The notes beneath the pieces were generated by a model. That model made no database searches and was not told where the DNA came from. It worked only from the letters and a program-made list of their open reading frames with translations. Shown piece by piece: positions 1-14,186 of a stretch of 64,000 nucleotides of DNA. Every line of letters begins with the position of its first letter. Positions within the stretch are counted from its first letter, which is position 1. A program made the translations under genes and the position numbers. This DNA is from Macrostomum hystrix (lineage: Eukaryota > Animalia > Platyhelminthes): assembly GCA_950097015.1 (NCBI GenBank), contig CATNEN010000038.1, positions 26,288,001-26,352,000 on the forward strand, in the 5' to 3' direction.

Positions 1-119
1 GCCTAGATAGGATAGACTCAGGTGCTGTAGAGACTCAGATTCCATAGCCTGTGCTCACAAAATATATTTTAAAAACATTTTTGTTGAAATTAGTAAAATA
101 TTCTACTTTTGTTTTCCAG

Positions 120-930
120 TCAGTCAGGCGACAAAGGAAACTTAGGGTTCTACCAATCTAGTGAATTTAGGGCCGCATACACAGTGTGCGAGCTCCCGAA
201 GAAGCGGTTGTCCATTCGCCAGCTGATTCAAGCTGAGCTCTATGACGCCATCATGGGCTCAAACACCAGCAGCACCAGCTATGAGGTCCTGTCACTCGGC
301 TGCGGCCCAGGCAGCGACCTTCTTGCCGCCATGGACGTGTTCCAGCTGGTGGCCAAGTCAGAGGGTCTGGGACCACTTCAGATGGGCGTCACCGGTGTCG
401 ACATGTTTGATTGGCTGCTCTAGCCATTCCATGAGGCAGCCGCAGCGTTAGCTCTGCAGTGGCTAATCAGCAGCTTCCCGGAGCAGTTTCACCTGGGCCA
501 CAGCCAGGGACAACTAAAACCCAAAGAAAAGTCTATAAGTCATGTCAGGTGCGCATCCGTTAACTTAATTTAATCTTGGTTTGTAGTTTGTATTTTATAT
601 ATTATTGAAACGTTCGTTATAAATATGTTTGTTATAAATAAGTATATAAGGAATTGGCCCACGATGGAATGTCCCTGATTTTACTTCTCTGCTCTATTTA
701 TTTATTATTTATTAATTTTATTTATTAAAAAACTTAAATATATTTTTCATAATTTTCAATTTTTTATTACTAACTAGCAGACTACGGAGACTACGTGGGA
801 CTACGGATGTTGCTACGACCTTATCCTGCTGAGCTATGCCGAGGTGCGGCTCTAAGACAAGTTTCGTCACCGACTGGCTGCCGCAGCTGCTAAAAGTGCA
901 ATAATTTGTGTTGTCATTTTTGCTATTAAC
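120..930 (+). pseudogene. Class I SAM-dependent methyltransferase-like gene fragment, disrupted (5' part probably outside window)
   Basis: Motif I-like VLSLGCGPGSD in the frame of ORF 109..423, with an in-frame TAG at 421-423 after which the frame stays open to about 543. A second exon-like block from 781 reads TTETTWDYGCCYDLILLSYAEVRL*DKFRHRLAAAAAKSAIICVV, which has a YDLI motif and an in-frame TAA. Confidence 0.6.
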
Positions 931-1625
931 GCTGTTGTTGATTATCTGCTGCTGGTGCTAGACGCAGATCTTAGGAAAATTGTTTGAAACCCTTATCAAT
1001 TTTATGAGTAAGCAGCATCACCTTATCAATTCTATTAGTAAGCAGCCTCGCTTATCCTCTGTGTTTATTTGTTTATTAGGCTCTAACCTGTTTATTAAGT
1101 TCATTGAGTCGTTTATTCCTTCGTGTGAATCATCCCTTGTGTGGTTTGAGTCTGCGTTATTAGTAAACCAGCTATTACTTGCATGAGCGAAAACCCAGAG
1201 TCACTTGAGTTCAAATCTGAGGCGAGCAAAAGACATTACGCTCACCAATTTTAATACTTTTGGCCTTTCTATTATCAGCGTTCTTTATTTTATTCGGCAT
1301 TCTGCCTGAGCTCAGTGGGCAAGCTTCTACCCTCAACTTCATCTATCCCGTAACTTTCATCCGCTATGAGCTTCTAACGGAAGCAAGTGTAAAACATACC
1401 GACCCCGGTGATAGCCAAATAGGGCCTTAGCTTTAAAATCTCTTAATTTTTGTTATGCGTTTTAGAAAATTAGCAATTTTATTCATCAAAAGCTAAAAGT
1501 TAGTTTTTTGAAGTGCGAATATCGTTATTTTTTTAAGTTTCGGATGCTGAATTTTTGACGGCACATCAGGGGCTATCCAATAACGGCATGCGCGATTCCA
1601 GATGTGCACCTGTTCTACAAACTTA

Positions 1626-4600
1626 GGGGGTACATTTACGGATTCATCAGTGGTTACACTGAGTTGAATATATACGGCTTATAGTTGACTATCTGAACTG
1701 TTGAAGTGAGGGTACATTTACGGATTCATCAGTGGTTACACTGAGTTGAATATATACTGCTTATAGTTGACTATCTGAACTGTTGAAGTGGGGGTACATT
1801 TACGGATTCATCAGTGGTTACACTGAGTTGAATATATACTGCTTATAGTTGACTATCTGAACTGTTGAAGTGGGGGTACATTTACGGATTCATCAGTGGT
1901 TACACTGAGTTGAATATATACTGCTTATAGTTGACTATCTGAACTGTTGAAGTGGGGGTACATTTACGGATTCATCAGTGGTTACACTGAGTTGAATATA
2001 TACGGCTTATAGTTGACTATCTGAACTGTTGAAGTTAGGGTACATTTACGGATTCATCAGTGGTTACACTGAGTTGAATATATACTGCTTATAGTTGACT
2101 ATCTGAACTGTTGAAGTGGGGGTACATTTACGGATTCATCAGTGGTTACACTGAGTTGAATATATACGGCTTATAGTTGACTATCTGAACTGTTGAAGTG
2201 GGGGTACATTTACGGATTCATCAGTGGTTACACTGAGTTGAATATATACGGCTTATAGTTGACTATCTGAACTGTTGAAGTGAGGGTACATTTACGGATT
2301 CATCAGTGGTTACACTGAGTTGAATATATACGGCTTATTATAGTTGACTATCTGAACTGTTGAAGTGGGGGTACATTTACGGATTCATCAGTGGTTACAC
2401 TGAGTTGAATATATACGGCTTATAGTTGACTATCTGAACTGTTGAAGTGAGGGTACATTTACGGATTCATCAGTGGTTACACTGAGTTGAATATATACGG
2501 CTTATAGTTGACTATCTGAACTGTTGAAGTGGGGGTACATTTACGGATTCATCAGTGGTTACACTGAGTTGAATATATACGGCTTATAGTTGACTATCTG
2601 AACTGTTGAAGTGGGGGTACATTTACGGATTCATCAGTGGTTACACTGAGTTGAATATATACGGCTTATAGTTGACTATCTGAACTGTTGAAGTGGGGGT
2701 ACATTTACGGATTCATCAGTGGTTACACTGAGTTGAATATATACTGCTTATAGTTGACTATCTGAACTGTTGAAGTGGGGGTACATTTACGGATTCATCA
2801 GTGGTTACACTGAGTTGAATATATACGGCTTATAGTTGACTATCTGAACTGTTGAAGTGGGGGTACATTTACGGATTCATCAGTGGTTACACTGAGTTGA
2901 ATATATACGGCTTATAGTTGACTATCTGAACTGTTGAAGTGGGGGTACATTTACGGATTCATCAGTGGTTACACTGAGTTGAATATATACTGCTTATAGT
3001 TGACTATCTGAACTGTTGAAGTGGGGGTACATTTACGGATTCATCAGTGGTTACACTGAGTTGAATATATACGGCTTATAGTTGACTATCTGAACTGTTG
3101 AAGTGGGGGTACATTTACGGATTCATCAGTGGTTACACTGAGTTGAATATATACGGCTTATAGTTGACTATCTGAACTGTTGAAGTGGGGGTACATTTAC
3201 GGATTCATCAGTGGTTACACTGAGTTGAATATATACGGCTTATAGTTGACTATCTGAACTGTTGAAGTGGGGGTACATTTACGGATTCATCAGTGGTTAC
3301 ACTGAGTTGAATATATACTGCTTATAGTTGACTATCTGAACTGTTGAAGTGGGGGTACATTTACGGATTCATCAGTGGTTACACTGAGTTGAATATATAC
3401 GGCTTATAGTTGACTATCTGAACTGTTGAAGTGGGGGTACATTTACGGATTCATCAGTGGTTACACTGAGTTGAATATATACGGCTTATAGTTGACTATC
3501 TGAACTGTTGAAGTGGGGGTACATTTACGGATTCATCAGTGGTTACACTGAGTTGAATATATACTGCTTATAGTTGACTATCTGAACTGTTGAAGTGGGG
3601 GTACATTTACGGATTCATCAGTGGTTACACTGAGTTGAATATATACGGCTTATAGTTGACTATCTGAACTGTTGAAGTGGGGGTACATTTACGGATTCAT
3701 CAGTGGTTACACTGAGTTGAATATATACGGCTTATAGTTGACTATCTGAACTGTTGAAGTGAGGGTACATTTACGGATTCATCAGTGGTTACACTGAGTT
3801 GAATATATACGGCTTATAGTTGACTATCTGAACTGTTGAAGTGGGGGTACATTTACGGATTCATCAGTGGTTACACTGAGTTGAATATATACGGCTTATA
3901 GTTGACTATCTGAACTGTTGAAGTGGGGGTACATTTACGGATTCATCAGTGGTTACACTGAGTTGAATATATACGGCTTATAGTTGACTATCTGAACTGT
4001 TGAAGTGGGGGTACATTTACGGATTCATCAGTGGTTACACTGAGTTGAATATATACGGCTTATAGTTGACTATCTGAACTGTTGAAGTGGGGGTACATTT
4101 ACGGATTCATCAGTGGTTACACTGAGTTGAATATATACGGCTTATAGTTGACTATCTGAACTGTTGAAGTGGGGGTACATTTACGGATTCATCAGTGGTT
4201 ACACTGAGTTGAATATATACGGCTTATAGTTGACTATCTGAACTGTTGAAGTGGGGGTATATTTACGGATTCATCAGTGGTTACACTGAGTTGAATATAT
4301 ACGGCTTATAGTTGACTATCTGAACTGTTGAAGTGGGGGTACATTTACGGATTCATCAGTGGTTACACTGAGTTGAATATATACGGCTTATAGTTGACTA
4401 TCTGAACTGTTGAAGTGGGGGTACATTTACGGATTCATCAGTGGTTACACTGAGTTGAATATATACGGCTTATAGTTGACTATCTGAACTGTTGAAGTGA
4501 GGGTACATTTACGGATTCATCAGTGGTTACACTGAGTTGAATATATACGGCTTATAGTTGACTATCTGAACTGTTGAAGTGGGGGTACATTTACGGATTC

Positions 4601-7523
4601 ATCAGTGGTTACACTGAGTTGAATATATACGGCTTATAGTTGACTATCTGAACTGTTGAAGTGGGGGTACATTTACGGATTCATCAGTGGTTACACTGAG
4701 TTGAATATATACTGCTTATAGTTGACTATCTGAACTGTTGAAGTGGGGGTACATTTACGGATTCATCAGTGGTTACACTGAGTTGAATATATACTGCTTA
4801 TAGTTGACTATCTGAACTGTTGAAGTGGGGGTACATTTACGGATTCATCAGTGGTTACACTGAGTTGAATATATACGGCTTATAGTTGACTATCTGAACT
4901 GTTGAAGTGGGGGTACATTTACGGATTCATCAGTGGTTACACTGAGTTGAATATATACGGCTTATAGTTGACTATCTGAACTGTTGAAGTGGGGGTACAT
5001 TTACGGATTCATCAGTGGTTACACTGAGTTGAATATATACGGCTTATAGTTGACTATCTGAACTGTTGAAGTGAGGGTACATTTACGGATTCATCAGTGG
5101 TTACACTGAGTTGAATATATACGGCTTATAGTTGACTATCTGAACTGTTGAAGTGAGGGTACATTTACGGATTCATCAGTGGTTACACTGAGTTGAATAT
5201 ATACGGCTTATAGTTGACTATCTGAACTGTTGAAGTGAGGGTACATTTACGGATTCATCAGTGGTTACACTGAGTTGAATATATACTGCTTATAGTTGAC
5301 TATCTGAACTGTTGAAGTGGGGGTACATTTACGGATTCATCAGTGGTTACACTGAGTTGAATATATACGGCTTATAGTTGACTATCTGAACTGTTGAAGT
5401 GGGGGTACATTTACGGATTCATCAGTGGTTACACTGAGTTGAATATATACGGCTTATAGTTGACTATCTGAACTGTTGAAGTGGGGGTAAATTTACGGAT
5501 TCATCAGTGGTTACACTGAGTTGAATATATACGGCTTATAGTTGACTATCTGAACTGTTGAAGTGGGGGTACATTTACGGATTCATCAGTGGTTACACTG
5601 AGTTGAATATATACGGCTTATAGTTGACTATCTGAACTGTTGAAGTGGCCGGGTACATTTACGGATTCATCAGTGGTTACACTGAGTTGAATATATACGG
5701 CTTATAGTTGACTATCTGAACTGTTGAAGTGGGGGTACATTTACGGATTCATCAGTGGTTACACTGAGTTGAATATATACGGCTTATAGTTGACTATCTG
5801 AACTGTTGAAGTGGGGGTACATTTACGGATTCATCAGTGGTTACACTGAGTTGAATATATACGGCTTATAGTTGACTATCTGAACTGTTGAAGTGAGGGT
5901 ACATTTACGGATTCATCAGTGGTTTACACTGAGTTGAATATATACGGCTTATAGTTGACTATCTGAACTGTTGAAGTGGGGGTACATTTACGGATTCATC
6001 AGTGGTTACACTGAGTTGAATATATACGGCTTATAGTTGACTATCTGAACTGTTGAAGTGAGGGTACATTTACGGATTCATCAGTGGTTACACTGAGTTG
6101 AATATATACGGCTTATAGTTGACTATCTGAACTGTTGAAGTGGGGGTACATTTACGGATTCATCAGTGGTTACACTGAGTTGAATATATACGGCTTATAG
6201 TTGACTATCTGAACTGTTGAAGTGGGGGTAAATTTACGGATTCATCAGTGGTTACACTGAGTTGAATATATACGGCTTATAGTTGACTATCTGAACTGTT
6301 GAAGTGGGGGTACATTTACGGATTCATCAGTGGTTACACTGAGTTGAATATATACGGCTTATAGTTGACTATCTGAACTGTTGAAGTGGCCGGGTACATT
6401 TACGGATTCATCAGTGGTTACACTGAGTTGAATATATACGGCTTATAGTTGACTATCTGAACTGTTGAAGTGGGGGTACATTTACGGATTCATCAGTGGT
6501 TACACTGAGTTGAATATATACGGCTTATAGTTGACTATCTGAACTGTTGAAGTGGGGGTACATTTACGGATTCATCAGTGGTTACACTGAGTTGAATATA
6601 TACGGCTTATAGTTGACTATCTGAACTGTTGAAGTGAGGGTACATTTACGGATTCATCAGTGGTTTACACTGAGTTGAATATATACGGCTTATAGTTGAC
6701 TATCTGAACTGTTGAAGTGGGGGTACATTTACGGATTCATCAGTGGTTACACTGAGTTGAATATATACGGCTTATAGTTGACTATCTGAACTGTTGAAGT
6801 GAGGGTACATTTACGGATTCATCAGTGGTTACACTGAGTTGAATATATACGGCTTATAGTTGACTATCTGAACTGTTGAAGTGAGGGTACATTACGGATT
6901 CATCAGTGGTTACACTGAGTTGAATATATACGGCTTATAGTTGACTATCTGAACTGTTGAAGTGGGGGTACATTTACGGATTCATCAGTGGTTACACTGA
7001 GTTGAATATATACGGCTTATAGTTGACTATCTGAACTGTTGAAGTGGGGGTACATTTACGGATTCATCAGTGGTTACACTGAGTTGAATATATACGGCTT
7101 ATAGTTGACCATCTGAACTGTTGAAGCGGGGGTACATTTACGGATTCATCAGAGGTTACACTGAGTTGAATATATACGGCTTATAGTTGACTATCTGAAC
7201 TGTTGAAGTGGGGGTACATTTACGGATTCATCAGTGGTTACACTGAGTTGAATATATACTGCTTATAGTTGACTATCTGAACTGTTGAAGTGGGGGTACA
7301 TTTACGGATTCATCAGTGGTTACACTGAGTTGAATATATACGGCTTATAATTGACTATCTGAACTGTTGAAGTGGGGGTACATTTACGGATTCATCAGTG
7401 GTTACACTGAGTTGAATATATACGGCTTATAGTTGACCATCTGAACTGTTGAAGCGGGGGTACATTTACGGATTCATCAGAGGTTACACTGAGTTGAATA
7501 CATACTGCTTAAATTCGACTATC
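1626..7523. repeat. 82-bp satellite array, about 72 copies
   Basis: Unit GGGGGTACATTTACGGATTCATCAGTGGTTACACTGAGTTGAATATATACGGCTTATAGTTGACTATCTGAACTGTTGAAGT; period 82 (e.g. 2531 to 2613); near-identical copies. Confidence 0.98.
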
Positions 7524-9017
7524 ATGACAATTAATTTACACTTGCACTTCAGGAATCAGAGTTCTGACAATGGGGCTTTTGGCGTTAAATTCGTATCAGA
7601 TTGAGATGAGAAATCCACTTCTATACTGACATCCAATTAATCTAATTTTTGCTGAGATTGAGGTACATGTAGAGCTACTTGTTACGATTGTACTCGATAC
7701 GTACAGTACATTACCAGCAATCGACCTCAATGCCGTTACTGTTAAAATCTTAAACACGAAACACTTTCTTGTTTTTTCAAAAGTACAGTCGGCTGAACTT
7801 GGGTACTTAAGGCATCGGTTTGCTTGCTGTACATATCGAAAATTGATTAATTTTTTATTAAGTAACAAATTGTACACAAAATTATTTTAATGCTGGAATG
7901 GCGATATGTTAAGCATATAATTTCCAAAGAATAACACGTCGTTATATACTATCAACCACTTTCATAGTAGGCTTCTCACAGTAGGTGTAACAAAATATGC
8001 GCCATTTAAGACTGGCTTTATACGGGATGGTATCGGGCGCATTTCGTAAGCTACTTATTTATTAGCAAGCAGTAAGACGAAGTACAATTTGTATATTTAC
8101 TAGCTACTCGTAAATAAGAAAAATGTGCATATTGCAATAACTGCTCAACAGGGGGTAAGTACAGAGTACACGGACTTGAGAATGCGCAAAATAATATCAA
8201 ATTAAGGTGAGAAGCATGTATCTTTGCAGTTAGCAACCAGTACTCAGTATTCCAGCGCTGCATTGGTGGTATGGCAGGCCCGCTAATCGGCTAGATGGGT
8301 AGCTGCAGACAGTGCATAATATGCAATTATCTTCCGTCGTACATTGAGAAACCGCGCATCGCGAAGGTGGCCGACACTGACGGCCGGCTACGGTTTCTGC
8401 TCGTGACAGACAGGCTTCGCCACTGTTTTTGCAAGGCTGCCTCCGAATAATCTAAACTGTCGAGTCCAGTTCGCATTTCCTGGCAGGGTGGGAATTGAAC
8501 TTGAATATAAAATTCAATAAATAAGTCACAAATTTAAGTAATTAAAAGCATCTTTTACCTGTATTTAAGCCTAAAAGTGCCACTACATCTTTTGGTGCCG
8601 AGTGCGATTGTTCTCCAGTCCAGCAGTTGTGCACCACGGAACATAGGGAAAAAATGAATGAAAGCAGGAAATTATATTGAGAACACGCAGATTGAGAGCT
8701 GAATCGCAAATGATACTAAATCTTAAACTAAAAGTACCGTTCATTGCTTTGATTTCTTGATTGACGTACCGGAAACAAGACAAAATAGGTCAACTTTGTG
8801 AGAGGGAGTCTACTATAACAGCAAATTTCTGGGTATAAAAATTGTGAATAGATAGAATAAAATATATGAAGTGATTGGTTCGTGGATATTCAGTACAGAA
8901 GGTTGTAAAACACCTAGACTAACTAGTAGTGACGTCTTGGCCAGTGCAAAAGATTGAAACGCGCACTGTTCACTTTCACGCCACGATGAGGCGCGTCACG
9001 TTCGTGAAAGAAAAATT

Positions 9018-9685
9018 TATCTGACAAATGCAGAGGGAAAATGTCAAAGCAATGAATGCACATTGACAATCCCAGCATTAGTTTTATGCAGAGGGAAAAA
9101 TGTCAAAGCAATGAATGCACAGTGACAATCCCAGCATTAGTTTTATGCAGAGGGAAAAATGTCAAAGCAATGAATGCACAGTGACAATCCCAGCATTAGT
9201 TTTATGCAGAGGGAAAAATGTCAAAGCAATGAATGCCCATTGACAATCCCAGCATTAGTTTTATGCAGAGGGAAAAATGTCAAAGCAATGAATGCCCATT
9301 GACAATCCCAGCATTAGTTTTATGCAGAGGGAAAAATGTCAAAGCAATGAATGCCCATTGACAATCCCAGCATTAGTTTTATGCAGAGGGAAAAATGTCA
9401 AAGCAATGAATGCCCATTGACAATCCCAGCATTAGTTTTTTGCAGAGATAAAAAATGTCAAAGCAATGAATGCACAGTGACAATCCCAGCATTAGTTTTA
9501 TGCAGAGGGAAAAATGTCAAAGCAATGAATGCACATTGACAATCCCAGCATTAGTTTTTTGCAGAGGGAAAAATGTCAAAGCAATGAATGCACAGTGACA
9601 ATCCCAGCATTAGTTTTTTGCAGAGGGAAAAATGTCAAAGCAATGAATGCACATTGACAGTCCCAGCATTTTTTTGTGTCAGATA
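9018..9685. repeat. 59-bp tandem array (about 11 copies) bracketed by a 9-bp inverted repeat
   Basis: Unit ATGCAGAGGGAAAAATGTCAAAGCAATGAATGCACAGTGACAATCCCAGCATTAGTTTT; TATCTGACA at 9018-9026 and TGTCAGATA at 9677-9685. Confidence 0.93.
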
Positions 9686-9770
9686 GCAGATACTTAATAG
9701 TTAAGTGTTGCATTTTGACTTAAATATTATGAGACTTTTTGGTTTGATGCACTTAGCTGCTAATATATAT

Positions 9771-12451
9771 TTAACACGCGGTCTCGTCATCATCAGAATC
9801 ATCTGATGCTGAATTGAATGAGTTATCTAGATCGTCCAGTCGTTCGTTAGAATCATTTTTGTCTAAACTGTCAACCGTGGGAGTTAAACTTTGGATTGAG
9901 TCTTGGTTGACTGAGAGCATTGCTATAGGGACACTTTCAATTTGCCGGTAAATAATCTGAAACAGTCGGTGAAAGTGTGCCGGTAGACCTGGTTGACCTT
10001 CTAAAGTTATACAATGCTCTTGAATACGCTTCTGAATATCACGCCATTCATCAAAAAGAAAGTTTTTTTCCTCATCAAGCCTCTATTTTTTATGACTTAC
10101 GTCAATGGCGCGTCTACGAAAGCTTCCTGTAAAATCGTTTTTAGCAATTCCGGAATAGAAGCTATGCTTAGGGTTTTGAAGTTCTGTAAAAGTTGGTCTA
10201 TCGTTTTGTGGCATCTATTTGGAATAGAGTTTCTGCATTTCCGAAGTTAGACTAAAAACTCTACGAGCACAACTTTTTGTTCGACTTTGACCTGTGGAAG
10301 TACCAAGTTCTCTAAGCCAATATATTCTTTGAGTGGCAACTGACCTTAAAGAGCCCAGCGTATCTTCTTCAAGAGAGGCGTGACCCGAAATTGATTCCAT
10401 ATGCCATTGCTGGCCTAAGACCAGAATCTGCTCATCCGATACGTCAAAGCGAGTGTCAATACAACCAGAATTTTTTAAGACAGCCATTTCATGCATTAGA
10501 GCTTGAATTTCGTTTTTTATTGCTGTAGAGGTAGTTGTAATCAATTTCAACCTTTGCGCAAACCACACATGTGCATTTAAAAGTTGTTGAGCATTGAAAT
10601 TGTGTAAAATATGGGATATGGACATTGTCCTCCGATCATTCCGCATGTACTTAAAAAACTTTCCATACGGTCTTAAGGCAGCCCAGGCTCGTTCAGAATG
10701 CTCACCGTCACACAAGCCAGCTCCCGGAGTAACGCGTACGGATAAATTCAGCTGACAGCTAGTTTTATGTCCAAGGACGTGAAACGCATTAACAGCACAC
10801 ATGCTGCTATGGACATCAGCCCCGGACTGTGCAACGATAGACTTGACCCGATTGGAGACACGACAACCTGAAATTGAAACGATTTCGAGTATATTCGAGC
10901 AAGAAAACATTTTATGCCACTTTCAATATTTTTTGGAAAACTGTTAAAATATTTTGCACGAAGTATGAATTATAATGATATGATTTAAACTGTACGCATG
11001 TTAAATCGGATTACTCACCAACGTCATAAATAAACAGTAGATGCTTTGACACTGGCGTCGTTTTTAAATAATGAAGCAGGCATTCCTCTGGATAGCAAAG
11101 ACGCTCTCCTGGAGTATTTATATTACACCCTGTCACAAGCCTATTGTGTCTGCAGAACAGACCAAAGAATCCATAGACGTTGTTCCGTGAGGCACCTCTC
11201 GAGGTCTCTTTAGTTGTACTACCAGCTCTCCAGTTAGGACAACTGTCAGGCTCAGGATGATGGACAGTAGAACCTTGTTGAGAATTTCCATCTACGTAAA
11301 TAAGAGGTTCAGGCAAAATACGACCATCACCTGGTAAATCCTTCTGCTTTCCACCCGACGCTGCAAATTGCTGCCAACCGAAGAGACCATCACCACATAG
11401 AACAGTCTTGCGTTTAGAGTTTTTTTCTGGGCAACTTAGGCATGTTTTTGGCCAACATGAATTATGGTTTTGCAACTCGCGAAAGCGCAAAAGTACACCG
11501 TACCGCTGAATACGTTGGTAGACACTCTTCGCTAAGTCTGGACTCCAGCAACCTTGTCCCACGACTGTGCCCTTAAAGAATGAGTGAATTGCTCTATGCA
11601 TAGGCAACTGTCCATCCATGCACATTGAATCAAGAAGTGAAAGGAAACTAAAGGAAAAAAAAGTTAAACATTCGCCATCTGATGAAGCCGTTGCTGGGAA
11701 GTAGCCCTGAGACAGCAAAGCACAACAGGTGTCGCATGCTGCACATGTAAAAACTTTTGCCTGGACGCTTCCGGTTATGTTAATTAACTGCACGTTGCTC
11801 GCTGCATTAAATACTTTGCCTCTCGCACAGTCATTACAGCAGTAAAGTTTTGGAAAAGATATGGCTGCCCCGGAAGTTTCCTCACTAAACATCAGTAGAT
11901 CGATCTGCGGGAGGAAGTTACATTTTAGTTTACATTTTTGATTGGCATAGATTGCTAAAATTGCTGTTGAGATCTTTTTTTCTTGTTTCGTTTAAAAAAG
12001 TGCACTTATGAGCTAAAGATCACTAAATATATGTAGGTTTGCTTACATTCCAGAGTAGAAATTTATGAGCAACGAAATCTCCATGAGTTACTTCCTTGCA
12101 GTCAGCACATAGATCCACGTTACAGGTTATACAGCGAAAAATACCTTGGTTTTCTCGGCAGCGTATGCACTGGCTCAAAATAAATGACTTCCGATAACTC
12201 GGTGAACAATTTTCAACAAATGAATCATAATTTTCCCACTCGATAAAGCAATCGGACGAACTTTCAAAGTCGAAATCTGCTTCTTGAAAAACAGAACTGG
12301 ACGTGCCAGAAGTGTTTTGAACTGCAGATTTAGCACTATGTTGATTCCAACAGTCTTTACCGGCAGAGTATTTTGTTGATCTTGGTCGTCCACGCAGGCC
12401 AGAAACGTAAGTTACCTTGCGTGTTTTCTTCAGGGTTTTAAAACGGTACAT
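9771..12451 (-). mobile_element. KDZ (Kyakuja-Dileera-Zisupton) transposase gene with B-box-like and CxC cysteine clusters; 3 visible exons; C-terminus carries two nonsense codons
   Basis: Exons 12451-12047, 11904-11019 and 10867-9771 joined by GT-AG introns with compatible phases (YDVG|CRV). Motifs CIRC-x8-CITC-x4-CADC-x4-H-x5-H, LLSQGYFPA, CLSC...CGDG, FCRH...GER, YDVGC, FHVLGH...CQ and GAGLCDGEHSERAW match the KDZ signature. TAG at 10215-10217 and 10083-10085; final TAA at 9771-9773. Confidence 0.85.
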
Positions 12452-13204
12452 CTGAAATAAGTAAAATGTACTTACTTTAATTTGATTTAATGAAGTTTAA
12501 TAATGCAACAAATATCATGTTTGACCAGGACTATTTGAATCCTTATTATTTGTATCCACTACTTTAGGGCACCGCAAAATATATAATAATATAATCATAA
12601 CGACTAAGAGTTAAATAATCTACCGGAAAATGCCTTTGAAGGTGAAAGCTCTTGGCTCGTCTGATTGATAGGTAGATCTGGAATTTATTACTTTTCGTTT
12701 TCATTTATTTTTAAGTAGTTTCTGTTCAATATGTTGTAGCGGTTGAAATCATTGTGCCATGTTTCAACAGCTTGCAGCAACTGAGACCAATAAGTACTTT
12801 AAACAACTTAGAGGTGAAGTCTGCAGTTCAAAGTGTTCCCAATATTGAATCAGATATTAAAAGTTCGCAGCCAATTAACGGCTGTGCTTCTATGTTTACT
12901 AATCTTGACTAATCAAAAGGGAAACTAACGTTAGTATTTAAGTTGGCGATATTATACTTCTGGCGATTTGAGTATAATATCCCTACCAATTTCAGCTCAA
13001 ATGAATGCGGCAGAAGGTAGCCTGTTGGGCGATTGAACTGCCAGGTTAGTGTTTTTTTACTAATGGAGCCGAGATATATATTTATGTACATCAGGAATTT
13101 AGGCAGCTATCATATGCTAAACTGTAATTGTTTTTGCTTGTTGTAGCCTAGTTCGGTAATTTACAGAATTTACAGAACTTCAAAAAAATTCGCTTAAAAT
13201 ACGA

Positions 13205-14186
13205 GCGAATACCAGATACACCCTATCTGGTGACCGGCAATGAAACCTGGATACCGCACTTTGACCCTGAGACCAAGCAGAAAGCAAGGTGTGGGCGTTG
13301 AAGGGTTCAGATCCACCTGTGAAAGCGAAGCGAGACCAGCACTGCAAGAAGATCATGCTGACCCTTTTCTTCGATCAAGAAGGTTGACCTGACCCTTCTG
13401 GGTCTAACCCTGACCATCGACTTCCTTGGGCCTAACAGCACGGTTAACTCGGACCGGTACACGGAGACGCTGACTAAGATGAAATCAGACATCCGCAACA
13501 AGCGCAGGGCTGCGATGAAGCCTCACCTCCTGTTGCACGACAACGCTCGACCTCACACGGCCAAGAAAACGCTTGATCGTATCAACGAACTCAATTTTGA
13601 TCTGCTTGCGCACCCACCCTACTCACCAGACTTAGCTCCTTGCGACTACGCAATTTTCCCTCAGTTAAAGAAGCACCTGCGGGGGCGCATCTTTGACCAT
13701 CGCGACAACTTGGAAGGTGAATTCAGGCGGGTTCTGCTGCACGAAATTCCGCGTCGAGCTTATGCAGATGCCATCAATGCGCTTCTCACGCGATGGACTA
13801 AGTGCTGCGAGCTAAGGGGGACTTCGTCGAAAAGTCGTCAGTCGACGGCGATGGCGATGCTGCCAGGGGTTAGCGATATGGGCGGCACCGGCCGCCTCCT
13901 CGCTGCGTCTGTCATGGAGGCTCCCTGCCGCTAAGTCAAAGAAGTAGGTCAGCAATGGCGATGCTGCGTGACCGATTCCGCTGGCCTTGACTTGGTGTAA
14001 CTCTACCCCTTACCCCTTGTTCTAATTTTAGCTAAAACTTTTTAATGAGTTGACATATTTACTTGATTTAAAAAGCATTAGAACTGCTGGATGTTTATAT
14101 ATCAGTGACGTAAGTTTCAATAAACTATGTTGCACCAGTTTGCCTGTGCATCGATTTTTCCCGCTATTTCTGGGACACCCTACGTA
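13205..14186 (+). mobile_element. 5'-truncated mariner (DD34D) transposon relic
   Basis: LVTGNETWIPHFDPETKQ (first catalytic Asp reads Asn), HDNARPH, HPPYSPDLAPCDY; frameshifts; right end ...TTTCTGGGACACCCTACG followed by TA. Confidence 0.9.

Noticed and set aside
1626-7523. CRISPR-like array
   Set aside because: Monomers are contiguous and near-identical with no unique spacers; no cas genes; eukaryotic context.
421-10217. Stop-codon reassignment (TAG/TAA read as Gln) suggested by in-frame stops in the MTase and KDZ frames
   Set aside because: IDE, spectrin and the RING gene end in TAG and Kazal in TAA at the expected positions, so nonsense mutation is the simpler explanation.
12620-12760. 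First coding exon of the KDZ gene
   Set aside because: Candidate frames contain stops and the donor phase could not be matched to the 12451 acceptor.
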